NCBI GenBank assembly: GCA_964016885.1
Contig: OZ024743.1
Span: 202,058,001 to 202,122,000 of the forward strand
Reading direction: 5' to 3'
Length of the DNA: 64,000 nucleotides
Origin: Eledone cirrhosa
Taxonomy: Eukaryota
Below, piece after piece: positions 1 to 13,904 of this stretch (position 1 is the stretch's first letter; every line of letters starts with the position of its first letter). Below the pieces are notes generated by a model that saw nothing but the letters and a program-made list of their open reading frames with translations, searched no databases and was not told the DNA's origin. Position numbers and translations under genes: made by a program.

Positions 1-174
1 TGATTTTTCATCGCATACATTCTTCTACGTCATAAGGAAAATTAGCCCATTCTCTAGCACCGTTTGGAGTGTTTTTTTTTTGTTTTTTATTTGTTTCTTA
101 TTATTTACTTGTAGACTCATGTCTACTGAATCTGTAAGTATAAAGGTGAAACTCCAGGGTAACAAGCCTCATCA

Positions 175-303
<129 letters not shown>

Positions 304-385
304 TGTTACCCTAATATAGAGATATCGTGTCAACATGGAAAAAACAGGAGGAAAAAATCTAAAATAATTTGTGCCAAACTCCGGA

Positions 386-458
386 TGCCGAAACCCGGGA
401 TTAAACCAGGGACCTTTAGATCTTCAGTCTAACGCTCTCCCAACTGAGCTATTTCAGC
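386..458 (-). tRNA. tRNA-Phe(GAA), probably decayed copy/pseudogene
   Basis: Reverse complement GCTGAAATAGCTCAGTTGGGAGAGCGTTAGACTGAAGATCTAAAGGTCCCTGGTTTAATCCCGGGTTTCGGCA matches canonical metazoan tRNA-Phe except GCCG>GCTG and T-loop TTCGA>TTTAA; T-runs follow on the minus strand. Confidence 0.9.
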
Positions 459-794
459 TGATGTTTATATATGATATATGCATTACTGTTGTATTATCAA
501 CTTCCATAATTATATATATAAGTATATATGTATCATTATATATTTATTTGTATTGTGTGTATATTTATTGTATACATACGTATGTACATGTACGTATGAT
601 AATATTCATTTGGTCAGGCATGATCATAGATATATATATGTAAACAAAATAAGCCAGCTATTCGAAACTACTAATTATTATGTTTACAAATTCTATTATA
701 TCTCGAAATGAATCGATTCATAATCCACTTGTGTTGGTGAATTATATTTCCATTATATCATCGTTCGACTCTTAAAACACACATATACATACAT

Positions 795-851
<57 letters not shown>

Positions 852-989
852 TATACATATGCATATATGTATATACCCGCATACACACACACGCATATAC
901 ACATCACACACACGCAAAAACTCTCGTACACACACACGCATACATATCACACACACACATACACACACACAGACACTATTATATATATC

Positions 990-2070
990 GGTGTTAATCT
1001 CTTATAACCACTTTAACCAACTTCAGTAGTAGTTTAGAGCACTCTAACCATGGCTACTAAATAAACCATGACCTGTGAAGTAATGATTATCAAGCTTTAT
1101 TATTAATAGACTTATTTTCAACCTCTACTAAATATAGGAAGCATCCGCATGACCGCACGACGTGTGTGCACACTTGAAAGGGTGACCACCTGACCCAGCT
1201 ACACTGACCCATAGTTGGTTTTAAGCGAAATCGAACGAAATTCCAATACTCAAGTTTCTGATCACTTTTTCTTCACCCTACATTTGTTTTAAGTCAAAGG
1301 TTTCTTCACATTGAACAATAGATTGATGTATATTCCTGAAATACGAAATCTACTAAAGTAATAGCTAAATTCAATTATGAAGATGTTATCTGTAATTAAA
1401 AATATAACAGGAATGTTTCTACCTCGTTTCATATTGAAATATGTATAGTATGTATAGTTGTATAAGTTATAATGCATGTAAAATATTTGGCTGGAGAATA
1501 GGTCATAAGATGTTTGCGTCTGTGTTAACACATCATGGTGACAATGTATGGTTATGAGTTGATGGCAAGACAGGGAGGAAGTATTGTGCTCTGGGAATAG
1601 TAGGAAGAAAGAGCTGAGTATAGAGAGGAGAGAAGAACTGGGACTAGAGAGGAGGGAAACGTGGAAGATAGTGGAGGTCGTAGAGTAAATTACTATAATA
1701 GTACGGGTAAAGCGTATACAAACAATGATTCATGGTTTGTTTCAATACCTGGCATCATAATAACCGTCTGGTTGGAAGACGTTCGAATATATACAACAGA
1801 TTGGACTTTTCTGAAAGTACTTTAGAACCAGAGCTTGGTGTTAAACGGCTCGACGGAATACGCGTACCTATTTCGAACAGGTATAGAGAGATGCGTTTCC
1901 TCGTATTCAAGTTAACTAACGAATCTTGTTTTGAACGCGTCATTTCTAGAACAGACCAATGTGACGAAGACATACCTGTGCGTATTGTTGTAGTCTATAA
2001 CGTAATCAAGACTCAATCACACAGTAATGTTGGCCTCTTATGAAATACGATAACCTTGATATGGTTTATG
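990..2070 (-). mobile_element. Highly decayed Penelope-like 3' fragment (GIY-YIG entry motif remnant)
   Basis: ORF 1755..1973 contains LTPSSGSKVLSEKSNLLYIFE, resembling the PLE K-S-N-V-V-Y-x-F-x-C motif; flanked by microsatellites. Confidence 0.35.
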
Positions 2071-2118
2071 ACCTGTATCTCTGTATGTTTGTATATATAT
2101 ATATATATATATATATAT

Positions 2119-2275
2119 ACGTAGGTCCCGGGTTGAGTCGGGGATAACCACAGTAAGTAAGGTACTCAATACATGGCAGAGTAACAATTTTTTATTTTAT
2201 AGAAGGAGCTTCTACAGGACTAGTACTGTTTCATTCAGATGAATGAAACAGTACTAGTCCTGTAGAAGCTCCTTC

Positions 2276-2278
<3 letters not shown>
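2119..2278. mobile_element. Short PLE/retrozyme 3'-end insertion with perfect hairpin (2198-2278)
   Basis: ATAGAAGGAGCTTCTACAGGACTAGTACTGTTTCATTC-agat-exact reverse complement; arms carry the GAAA-stem III-UA half of a hammerhead; homologue at 15286-15475. Confidence 0.7.
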
Positions 2279-2320
<42 letters not shown>

Positions 2321-2329
2321 TTATTTATT

Positions 2330-2545
2330 TATTAAAATAACAGATTAAAGTTTAAGCAAAGAATCGCTGCTTTCACCTTAACGCGATATTCAGCAGATCC
2401 CGTTAAGGGTGAAAGCAGCGATTCTTTGCTTAAACATTAATCTGTTATTTTAATAAATATTTGCTCTATGGTTCTTATATATTGATATATATTTATCATT
2501 AACGAGCCCTCTTTGGATTTCAGTCTTCAAATTTATTATTATTAA
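2330..2545. mobile_element. 'CAGA-core' HHR family insertion, head-to-head fold-back
   Basis: 2330-2383 is the inverted repeat of 2401-2452; same family at 13621, 28265, 29305, 32953 and 48604. Confidence 0.75.
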
Positions 2546-2883
2546 TATATATATATACATATCCATCAATACATACATACATTCGTACATACACACATCT
2601 TACATACATGAAGACATGCATGGATGCATATATAGACATATATATGTATACAAACATACGCATACATGTATGTGTGTGTGTATATATATATATAGAGAGA
2701 TAATTTAATATATCTACTAACATAAGCGCACAGATGTACGCTAATGCCAGCAAATACACAGGTTATGTCATAGTACCTAGGTGGTTCGATGCAGGAGGAT
2801 GCAGAACAATAATATAAAAGACGTAAAACAAGAAAATTTTTAAAAAAGGTTTTTTAAAAAAATTTTAACTTACTTAAATTTTC

Positions 2884-2965
2884 ACTCCAACTAATTAGTT
2901 TCTGCAATGGGATAAAGACAGTTACGTAATCCAACTGTCGAGAATTCATTGCGTCATCAGGGAGT
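2884..2965 (-). ncRNA. Type I hammerhead ribozyme, branched stem II
   Basis: ACUCC-CUGAUGA-CGCAAUG..CAUUGCA-GAAA-CUAAUUAG-UU-GGAGU. Confidence 0.8.
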
Positions 2966-3816
2966 CTATTCTCAGCTAAGTCTCCAGGCAATGCGCGGAC
3001 ACCGGGGACTCATATAAAAATAATAATAATTCGGTAGATGGAACAGCTAGCGGGGGCTGAATTCCATGCACTGAAATCCTCGCTGCCTCTGGTCAAATAG
3101 CCGATTCTAAAGAATCAATCACGTGACACAGAGACTAGTCAGTAGGAATGGGATGGTAAGATGACAGACGCCTACTAACACCCCCAAACAAATTTAGAAG
3201 TGGTTTTGGCAGGTTTGCTCGACAAATCAGTGATTTGGAGATAAATATAGATAATTTAATATATCTACTAACATAAGCGCACAGATGTACGCTAATGCCA
3301 GCAAATACACAGGTTATGTCATAGTACCTAGGTGGTTCGATGCAGGAGGATGCAGAACAATAATATAAAAGACGTAAATTAAGAAAATTTTTAAAATTTT
3401 TTTTATATTATTTTTATATTATTGTTCTGCATCCTCCTGCATCGAACCACCTAGGTACTATGACATAACCTGTGTATTTGCTGGCATTAGCGTACATCTG
3501 TGCGCTTATGTTAGTAGATATATTAAATTATCTATCTTTATCTCCAAATCACTGATTTGTCGAGCAAACCTGCCAAAACCACTTCTAAATTTTTTTGGGG
3601 GTGTTAGTAGGCGTCTGTCATCTTACCATCCCATTCCTACTGACTAGCCTCTGTGTCACGCGATTGATTCTTTAGAATCGGCCATTTGACCAGAGGCAGC
3701 GAGGATTTCAGTGCATGGAAATCAGCCCCCGCTAGCTGTTCCATCTACCGAATTATTATTATTTTTATATGAGTCCCCGGTGTCCGCGCATTGCCTGGAG
3801 ACTTAGCTGAGAATAG

Positions 3817-3898
3817 ACTCCCTGATGACGCAATGAATTCTCGACAGTTGGATTACGTAACTGTCTTTATCCCATTGCAGAAACTAATTCGTTGGAGT
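3817..3898 (+). ncRNA. Type I hammerhead ribozyme (inverted-arm copy)
   Basis: actcc ctgatga cgcaatg...cattgca gaaa ctaattcg tt ggagt. Confidence 0.8.
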
Positions 3899-3964
3899 GA
3901 ACATTTAAGTAAGTAAGTTAACATTTTTTTAAAAAACTTTTTTTTTTTATTTTCTTATTTTACG

Positions 3965-3995
<31 letters not shown>

Positions 3996-4132
3996 GTAGA
4001 AAGTGAGGTTTTTTTTACAAAATGAAAAATAACCGAGGTGTCCTACACGAGTGAAAGTATGAAGAAAAAGAGATGAAATCGAAAATGCAACTGAAGTCTT
4101 ATTTTGTTTTTAATATATATATTTATTTGGTT

Positions 4133-4170
4133 CCTTTACCGGTTTCGCAGTTCTTCTGCTTTTCAAAAGG
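4133..4170 (-). ncRNA. Minimal hammerhead with C3U/G8A core
   Basis: CCUU-UUGAAAA-GCAG(AAGAA)CUGC-GAAA-CCGG-UA-AAGG; perfect stems I and II. Confidence 0.75.
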
Positions 4171-4204
4171 TGAGTTGAGATGGAGGGTCTGTGGTTTTTC
4201 TCAC

Positions 4205-4242
<38 letters not shown>

Positions 4243-5899
4243 ATGCATATATATGTGTATGTGTCTGTTTGTGCATATGTGTGAGAGTGGATGGGTCTGT
4301 GTGTCTGTTTGTCGGTGTATGCAGGGTGCATTAAGCAGCCAAAATATACGATAAATAAATATCTGTACAAATACAGTATATGATTAACCAAAACTATATG
4401 GTTTTGTTTTGTATATAAATATAGACATTGCCTATCGAGACATGTAGATACGTCAAATCCATATATTAAATGCGAACTGAAATAATTAAGAAGTAGGTAA
4501 ATAATAACGTGAACGCCTTGAAGGTGGTACCATAGCAAAGCCGCACTGCCATGACGAAAACCAATATAGGAATATAGATATTTATATAGATAGTGGCATT
4601 ATATTTTTGCAGTAACACACTTTGACTCTCGTTAAATCTCGGTTTGTAAACAGGTTTAGTTTTCGTATGTAATCCATTGTCTGCAGTATCAAATACACTT
4701 TATAAATATAACTTTTCCACAATCAAACATCACAATAAATGAACATGGAAAATCAAAATGTTCCTTAACAATTAATGCTATGAAAAATAACAAAACGAAA
4801 TAAAATATCAAAAATATTAAATAGAAATCAGTGACAGCCTAATCATTGGATGCGTGTTTATTTATGCTTTTTGTTTTAGCTTAAAGAGATTCTGATATAA
4901 CATCGGTCAGTGAAGCAAGCATTCCCCCAAAACAACGAAACAAACCATGGATAGAAATTAAACATCTAATGATATAATTGGTACGGAGTGAAGGCGCCTA
5001 TATACTGGTTGGGCTGTTCGGCTCACGTTTACAGGTTTAAGAATTCGATTTGCATGTCTTTTTTTTCTGTCCTTGAAAAAGATATTTTATTTCATCTGCG
5101 CCTCTCAACTTACTTGTCAAAAATAATTTGCTTCTGCAATTCAAAAAGAAAGCTTTGTCACATACGTTAAACTTGCACGTGCCGGTGGAATGCTGAGCTA
5201 TATGCACGTTTATTTTAGGAGCAGACAGGTTCGTTGTTCGAACAACTGGATCACTCGCTAGAACAGACGGAGGTCCAGCATACACACAATGGATACAAAA
5301 ATGATAGTGATGATTTCCCTGCCACAAACACACACACACACACGCACACACGCACACACAAACAGAGACGGGTATATGCAGAGAAGTTAGAGGGAAGAAG
5401 AAAACGAACAATAAAAAAGAAGTTAGCAAGAAAAGGACGAGTATTTAGTCAAGCTGATTTAAATTATCCACTTAGTTGTCCAGGGTCTAGGATTCTGAAA
5501 TAACAATCATAAGATCGTGAATTCAATTCTTGGACAGAGATTTGCTCCGGTCAACTCAGCCGGAAAAAAAATGAATAACACCAATCGGGGTTTAAACCTC
5601 ACAGTAAACAAATATTTGGTTTAGGGGAATGCCTTTCAGGACAAGAATGGAAACACAATAATAGTATGCAATCTTTAGAGAGACTGGCTAAACCTACATA
5701 AGCGTGAGTTGCAACAGCAATAACAAAGAATATTATTGGTACTTTGATTATGCTTTTTCCCAGTTTACAGGGGAGAAAGCAAATAGAAACAGCCTAACCT
5801 CATGTCGTAGGATAGCAAATAAAAACGGACTCACTTGCAAACAAAAGACTCTCTCTTATATATACAAACCCCAAACATATATATATATATTTATTTATA

Positions 5900-5955
<56 letters not shown>

Positions 5956-5978
5956 TATACGCACGCACACATACATAT

Positions 5979-6010
<32 letters not shown>

Positions 6011-6740
6011 GTGTACATGTATGTGTGTGTGCCTATATACTGACAAACGCACACAAACAGACCCCGACGCATGCATACTTATTTTTGAACTCGAGTGCAC
6101 AAATTAAATATTGTTATCGAAACCTATCATATCACAGCGGGCAAGCTTATATTGTGCAAATATCATAAACTCCAGACTTCTTCTAAACAACTATTTTTGG
6201 TGAATAGAAAATTAAAGACAAGAATTGGAAAAAAAGTCTCTTAGTACAGAACAAATTTGATGGAATTACAAAATTCGAGTCTATTAGATATAACTAACCA
6301 TTCTTTCGGACTTGACTACAAAAGGAGCAATTTCTGTAAGCAAATAGTATTGATCCTGTTTACATAAACAATGTACTAACACAACTAAAGTCTATCTATC
6401 GATGTTTATAAATAATCTTCCATTTTTTGATCGATTCTGTATAGATAATATTCAAGTTTGATTGTATTTGTTTGGGTTGATTATTTGGTTTTGTTTGTGT
6501 CTACATTTCTGCTTACATATATGCATATACGCAGAATACTTATAATTAATTACAACACATAGACACACACACACGTACGCTCACACATACACACACACTC
6601 ACACACACGTACGCTATCTCACACACACATTTACACACACACACCCCCACACACACACATATATATGCTTATATATATATATACATATATACATATATAT
6701 ATATATACATACATGTATATATAAGTATATATATATATAT

Positions 6741-6885
<145 letters not shown>

Positions 6886-9800
6886 AGGGGGGGGGGGATA
6901 AAGAAAGAAATACGAAAGAGAAATAACATCTAAATGCAGAGATTAATTGTTTATGCCGAATAGAGCGCATTTATAGAAGCAGTAAATATTGTTGTCATTG
7001 AAATGAAATATACTCTTTATTGAGTATTATATTAACGTTATAGAGGTTTATAATATAAGGACAAAGGGGTTTGGAAGTTTATGACAGAATTGATAGAACA
7101 TCAGTCTAATTTATGTTCAAAGTTTAGTTACATCAACTTAAATTCTGGATTAAAATTCTGACGTGGCAAAAATTACGTTATGTAAATAAATTAAATAGAT
7201 ATAGAATTAAATTAATTAATTTTACTCATTCGCCTCAAAAAAATCCTTGTTTTTTTTTCAGAAATCTTTATTGATAATAACAATAAGAGCGGCGAATGAT
7301 ATAATATGTAGTATATATGGACCTGTAAAACTTGATGGAATTGTGGAGGCCCTGTGGTGACATACTGCGTGTCTTGGACATTTTAAACTTAGTGAACAAC
7401 ATAGCATCACCAGATCTAAGCACACCCGAATTCCTCTAAAGAAGGGGCGAAAGAAGGGGATAAGGAGAAAGACATATACCAGAATAATTGACCCCAGTAA
7501 TGGACTGGTACATTATTTATCGACCTGAATAAAATGAAGGGCAACAGTGACTTAGCTAGTACTTAAACACAGACTGCAGAAAACTGGAATGAATACCGTA
7601 AAGTATTCTAACGCTTTAACGACTTTGCCATTACACCACTGTAGAATGTGTTGAACTGAGAATAAAATAAGGAACCCATTACTTGGTTATGTTTTTATGT
7701 TCCTTCTCTGTACATTCTGAGTTCAAATCCTACCTCCTTCTGGCAAGAGCTGCGACCGGTAAATGGAAAAACAACACGAAAATAAAACAAGGGAAATATT
7801 TTCTTTATCCGATTTAACTATTGGCACATGACTTTCCTTAATGCTTTGTGAGCAGAATCCCATCTAATTCGATTTTGTCCTTCATCCTTGTGAGGTTAAA
7901 TATAAAGATAATGGTTTACATTGCTAGTAGCTTAGCAAAAATTTTACTTTTGTTCTTTTTACTTTCTGTGTGGAATGTAATGCTGAGTGGATAATATTAG
8001 TGATCTCATAACACCTGTCTTGTGCCTTTGGAGAAGGCACTTAACTTTCTGTCGCCAAAATCGCCTGCATGTTTAACACATTGTGGTATACTTAAACAAA
8101 AGAGGCGTATTGACAGACTCATTTAAGAAGAGCGTTGGAGGGAATCCTCGTGACATGCGTCGCTGCTCTCTGTGCAGTGAATAAAAATCATGACGTGGTT
8201 AATTTACTGTTTAAAATTTCTTTCTTTCTTTCTGTTTTCTTTTATTTTTCTTCCTTTCTTATTTTCTTCACCTCCCCTCTCTCTCTGGTTGTGCCTCTAA
8301 TTCCATGGTCCAACCGCAACATTTTGTGCAATCTCGATTCAGCTTGAGAAATATTTGAAAGAACATATGTCAGTGGTTATCTCAGCCACTTCCACGATAA
8401 TTTCACCAATATAAATTCAGTATATCGAATAATTGAATTTTCATTGCTGAGGTTGACCGAATAGTCCCCATACTTTTCTACTGAAAATGACGACGTCACT
8501 GTGAAACATGTTGAGTGAATATATTAAGTTACTATGCCGAGTTCAAATATTTTACAACCATTTATTTTTTCTCCCTACACATAATATTTCTATAAAGATG
8601 TTTCCAGCAACATAAAATGGTTATATAACTTTCCAACAAAATGTCAGCTTCGATTCTGGTGGGTTAAACGTTACATTGTATGTTTTCCTGCATATATAAA
8701 TTAAGTTTCAGAAATATAATGTGAGCTATTTGATGAATTATACAACTTCTCAAATATATATCTTGCATCAATGTAATATTAATCATCAATGTAATATTAA
8801 TCATAGCAGGCTATCTAACATATTTTATCCAAACGTTGTGCTGTAATATCTCAATAAAAAAATTACATTATCTCTGTAACATCACGATATCACTATCAAT
8901 AAGCATAACATATATAATAAAATAATAATAACATAAATAACTAAATATTGTAGAACCGTTTAAATATATTTCGAATTGAATGTCTATTTGATAGGCGTAT
9001 ATCAGATAAAATAACCGCATATATCCCAAGGTATTACAGTATGTTGTTATTGACTAAGAGATATTTGTTCGTGGCATACGTCACGAGTAAACTATTTAAC
9101 CAATCTGCCAACCAATCTAATTCTTCCGTGTTTAGTTTAGTTAGAGAATGGCGACATTTTGAAAGGATGAGATGGAAATTTCGGACAGTATGAATATTAT
9201 TAGGCGATGTAGTGCTGTGATCTGCAGGTAATTGGTTTTGTCTTAGATATTTAAATCCAAATCTTTCGGTCAACGCCACCACATAGAGTCAGGTTGCAGT
9301 AATGATATAATGACATGAAAGTCTCTCAGGTTATGGTAATTAAAGAAATAAACTTAGTATTTATTTCGCATTATACATGAGTGACCAGAATGTGGTCGAA
9401 CTTTTAAGAAGTTAGCTTCATAACTATAAGGAGCCGGGTTATATCCCATTGCATAGCATCATAAGCAAGTGGCATTACCATAGCCTCGAGTCGACGTACG
9501 ATTTCTGAGTAACACACATATATATATATATATATATATATGGACACACACATGCATATGAAATTCAAAACATTCATTATTATCTTTAAGAATTAAATTC
9601 TGTGGCTTGTTGGTTAAGGGTGTTGAATTAAAGAACATAAAATGGACTGTACTTCAGTGTCAGTCTTGTCACACATTGTATAAAATTAAATTTCCCTGAA
9701 AATTATTTGATTTCTTTGGAATATTCAGGTTTTTACACGTTAATTTCATGATCAAGCCGTTTCGTTGTTCGACCAAATGAAACATACATCCTCAAAACTG

Positions 9801-10812
9801 CCCGTAGTCCCATTCCATTCAAGAAACGTATTGAATAGAAGCTTAGTAGATAATCTCAAAAGGGAGTCCCTACACCCTTGCATTCACATCGGACATTCAC
9901 ATCGGGCATTCACAAATAAATCTTAGAATATTACTACGGAAATATATACCAATAACGCCGGCAACGGTAAGCCACATCTGGAATAATTTTTTTCCTGGGG
10001 CTACAAGCTGGGAGGGGATCCGCGGTTAAACAGTGACAACAACGAAATATTAAACAAACCGTGAAAAAGCAAAGGGATCGCTGATAAGTTAAAAATAGTA
10101 GTCACATGGCTGACAAATCTTAATGAATGATGCAGTCCTAGACAATGCTTGGAATGAACACCGTGATGTATCTCAACTGAACCACATTTGTTAATAAGAG
10201 CCCAACAAAATCTAAGCACAACAACCATTACCACCATCAACTACAACAAAAGCAATAACAATTCGCTCACACTCACAACACACGTATAAAAAAACACACC
10301 AGGGATGACGTATATTATCTCTAGGCAAAAACTTTTTCTACATTTAGCATTACATCTTTATCACGAAGAATCTCTTCATAACCGTTAATGTTGTTGAAGC
10401 TACGTAATTGAATCTTGTTTCAAAACATGCATTAATTAAGTTTTTTATTCTAAGGCGATTTGAAACACCGGAGGATATTGTGTGTTTTCAATTTATATGT
10501 TCTTAATACTTACTTACTCGTTATGTTTATAGCTCAGGGTTTTAGAGAATTAAAGAGCTAGTCGATGATATAGAATATGAAACCAGAGTGAAGTGAGCTG
10601 TTTATGTAGTTTTCGAAACCAATGCATATATATATATATGTGTGTCGGACGGAAAATGGTTGATGAACCGTGTGACAGCAGATAGTGACCAGAACTTGTG
10701 ATGACGTGGAGTAAAAACAGCCAATGGCATGACAAGAGTGGAAATAGGGTTTTTTGAGGGTGTTTTTTGATGATAACACCACAATGATAAAATTAGCCCC
10801 GGACGTAACACC

Positions 10813-10903
10813 CGTGTCTGAAAGAACCCGCAGAAGTAGAATCAGCCAGATCCATACAAGGACCATGACTCGAGCTACATGCCGGTAAAACATTTGTAAC
10901 ACG
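10813..10903 (+). ncRNA. Degenerate hammerhead in a PLE-like 3' end
   Basis: cgtgt ctgaaaga ...tgccggt aaaa catttg ta acacg; stem I intact, core has an extra A and G12>A. Confidence 0.45.
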
Positions 10904-11032
10904 AAATAAAGTAAGTCCGGATGCATCACTGATTTTTCGTTTCCTTTATACTATCTACACTCTACTCTGATGAATATCCAGTTCTAATTTTAGCATATCG
11001 CCTATGGAAACACCATAGCTAGAACTATACAC

Positions 11033-11147
<115 letters not shown>

Positions 11148-11154
11148 CATATAT

Positions 11155-11785
<631 letters not shown>

Positions 11786-12585
11786 TATACATACATACTT
11801 ACATTTATATATATATATTTATATACAAATATGCTCCAACACTCATATGCATACACACACATACAAGCACGTACGCACACTGATACACACGATCACACGC
11901 ACATGAACGAGCGCACATACAGGCGCATGAACACATGCACATACATATGCATAATCGCACACACACATATAGACAGGTTAACCCCCTCAAAATGTACACA
12001 AATATTTATTAGAATGCTGTTGAAGTGCGTATACATTTTTGGGGGACACTCTGTATATATATATATTATATGTATATATGAGAATACGACTACTTGTTTG
12101 CGCAATTTCCTTCCTTTTCAGTGATGCTAGATGTATTATGCATTGGCATATGTCCGTTATATTTCTTAATTAGAATTTTCTCTTGTATGATTTTTATTAT
12201 TCATTCATTTTGATTTCTAATAAATACGTGTTTGCAGGGATATATTTTGTAATATGAGAACCATTGATGAGCTTTGCAGAGGTGGCTTCCATATATATAT
12301 ATATATACATATATATATAAACGGAAAAAATGAAACGAAATTTCATTTCCCACTCTTAGTACGGCTGTTACATAAATATAAGTATGTACACGTACATACA
12401 TATATGTATACCGACGTACAGTAGTGTGTATATATATATACATACATGCACACATATATATATGTACGTATGGATTCACCGAACATTTATTATAATGCTC
12501 GCTCTGTATGTAAACAAACATCCCGTATTAACGCCGTAGTGTCTAGCATCCATCTTTGCTCGCTTGTTCAACACTGACAAAGGAA

Positions 12586-12626
12586 CGCTTTACTAGTTTC
12601 TAGCTTATTAGCTATCGTCAGCAACG
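12586..12626 (-). ncRNA. Type I hammerhead ribozyme (unit 1)
   Basis: CGUUG-CUGACGA-UAGCU(AAUA)AGCUA-GAAA-CUAG-UA-AAGCG. Confidence 0.85.
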
Positions 12627-13010
12627 TATACCTTCCTGTCAGATTGTTGAACTTATATACTTACCTTATGCATATTAACGGCTGAGTAGCCCAATTTGCA
12701 TATCGAGTGGGTTAATCGGCCGGGTGCACCGAAAACGATAAACGGAAAAAATGAAACGAAATTTCATTTCCCACTCTTAGTACGGCTGTTACTTAAATAT
12801 AAGTATGTACACGTACATACATATATGTATACAGACGTACAAACGTGTGTATATATATATATATACATACATACACACATATATATATGTACGTATGAAT
12901 TCGCCGAACATTTATTATAATGCTCGGTGTGTTTGTAAACAAACATCCCGTATTAACGCCGTAGTGTCTAGCATCCATCTTTGCTCGCTTGTTCAACACT
13001 GACAAAGGAA

Positions 13011-13051
13011 CGCTTTACTAGTTTCTAGCTTATTAGCTATCGTCAGCAACG
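13011..13051 (-). ncRNA. Type I hammerhead ribozyme (unit 2)
   Basis: Same motif as 12586-12626. Confidence 0.85.
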
Positions 13052-13432
13052 TATACCTTCCTGTCAGATTGTTGAACTTATATTCTTACCTTATGCATAT
13101 TAACGGGTGAGTAGCCCAATTTGCATATCGAGTGGGTTAATCGGCCGGGTGCACCGAAAACGATAAACGGAAAAAATGAAACGAAATTTCATTTCCCACT
13201 CATAGTACAGCTGTTACTTAAATATAAGTATGTACACGTACATACATATATGTATACAGACGTACAGTAGTGTGTATATATATATACATACATGCACACA
13301 TATATATATATGTACGTATTGATTCACCGTACATTTATTATAATGCTCGGTGTGTTTGTAAACAAACATCCCGTATTAAGCCGTAGTGTCCAACAACCAT
13401 CGTTGCTCGCTTGTTCAACACTGACAAAGGAA

Positions 13433-13473
13433 CGCTGTACTAGTTTCAAGCTTATTAGCTATCGTCAGCAACG
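13433..13473 (-). ncRNA. Type I hammerhead ribozyme (unit 3)
   Basis: CGUUG-CUGACGA-UAGCU(AAUA)AGCUU-GAAA-CUAG-UA-CAGCG; full stem I. Confidence 0.88.
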
Positions 13474-13594
13474 TATACCTTCCTGTCAGATTGTTGAACG
13501 TATATACTTACCTTATGCATATTAACGGGTGAGTAGCCCAATTTGCATATCGAGTGTGTTAATCGGCCGGGTGCACCGAAAACGATAAACGGAA

Positions 13595-13627
<33 letters not shown>

Positions 13628-13638
13628 GAGCAGATTAA

Positions 13639-13689
13639 AGTTTAAGCAAATAATCGCTGCTTTCTCTCTTAACGGAATCATCTGAAACT
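13639..13689 (-). ncRNA. Hammerhead-like motif with U4A core (CAGAUGA)
   Basis: AGUUU-CAGAUGA-UUCC(GUUAA)GAGA-GAAA-GCA..UGC-UU-AAACU. Confidence 0.6.
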
Positions 13690-13784
13690 ACCCCCCCCCC
13701 CCCACATATATATATATATATATATTTGAGGTCAAATACCATCAACACTATACACACAGAGCTGGCATATCTAAGAACTGACTA

Positions 13785-13840
13785 ACTGCCTGATGAGGTC
13801 ATAGCCATTCAATGGCTATCATCGAAATATATATAGCAGT
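13785..13840 (+). ncRNA. Type I hammerhead ribozyme
   Basis: actgc ctgatga ggtcatagcca(ttcaa)tggctatcatc gaaa tatata ta gcagt. Confidence 0.8.
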
Positions 13841-13863
13841 AAATAAAGGATTTTGAGTTTCGT

Positions 13864-13904
<41 letters not shown>

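Larger units (their letters stand above)
2699..3970. mobile_element. Retrozyme-like element: 551-nt tandem unit (about 1.3 copies, minus) plus inverted copy (plus)
   Basis: Direct repeat 2701 vs 3252 (period 551); 3405-3970 is the reverse complement; one HHR per unit; TA-rich flanks. Confidence 0.8.
12319..13595 (-). mobile_element. Tandem array of three ~422-nt retrozyme units
   Basis: Unit marker ACGGAAA at 12321, 12742, 13167 and 13589; each unit has one HHR and one ATTTGCAT; non-coding; (TA)n on both sides. Confidence 0.9.

Noticed and set aside
12319-13595. CRISPR-like or simple satellite interpretation of the tandem arrays
   Set aside because: No repeat-spacer structure or cas genes; units are dispersed, fold-back inserted and ribozyme-bearing
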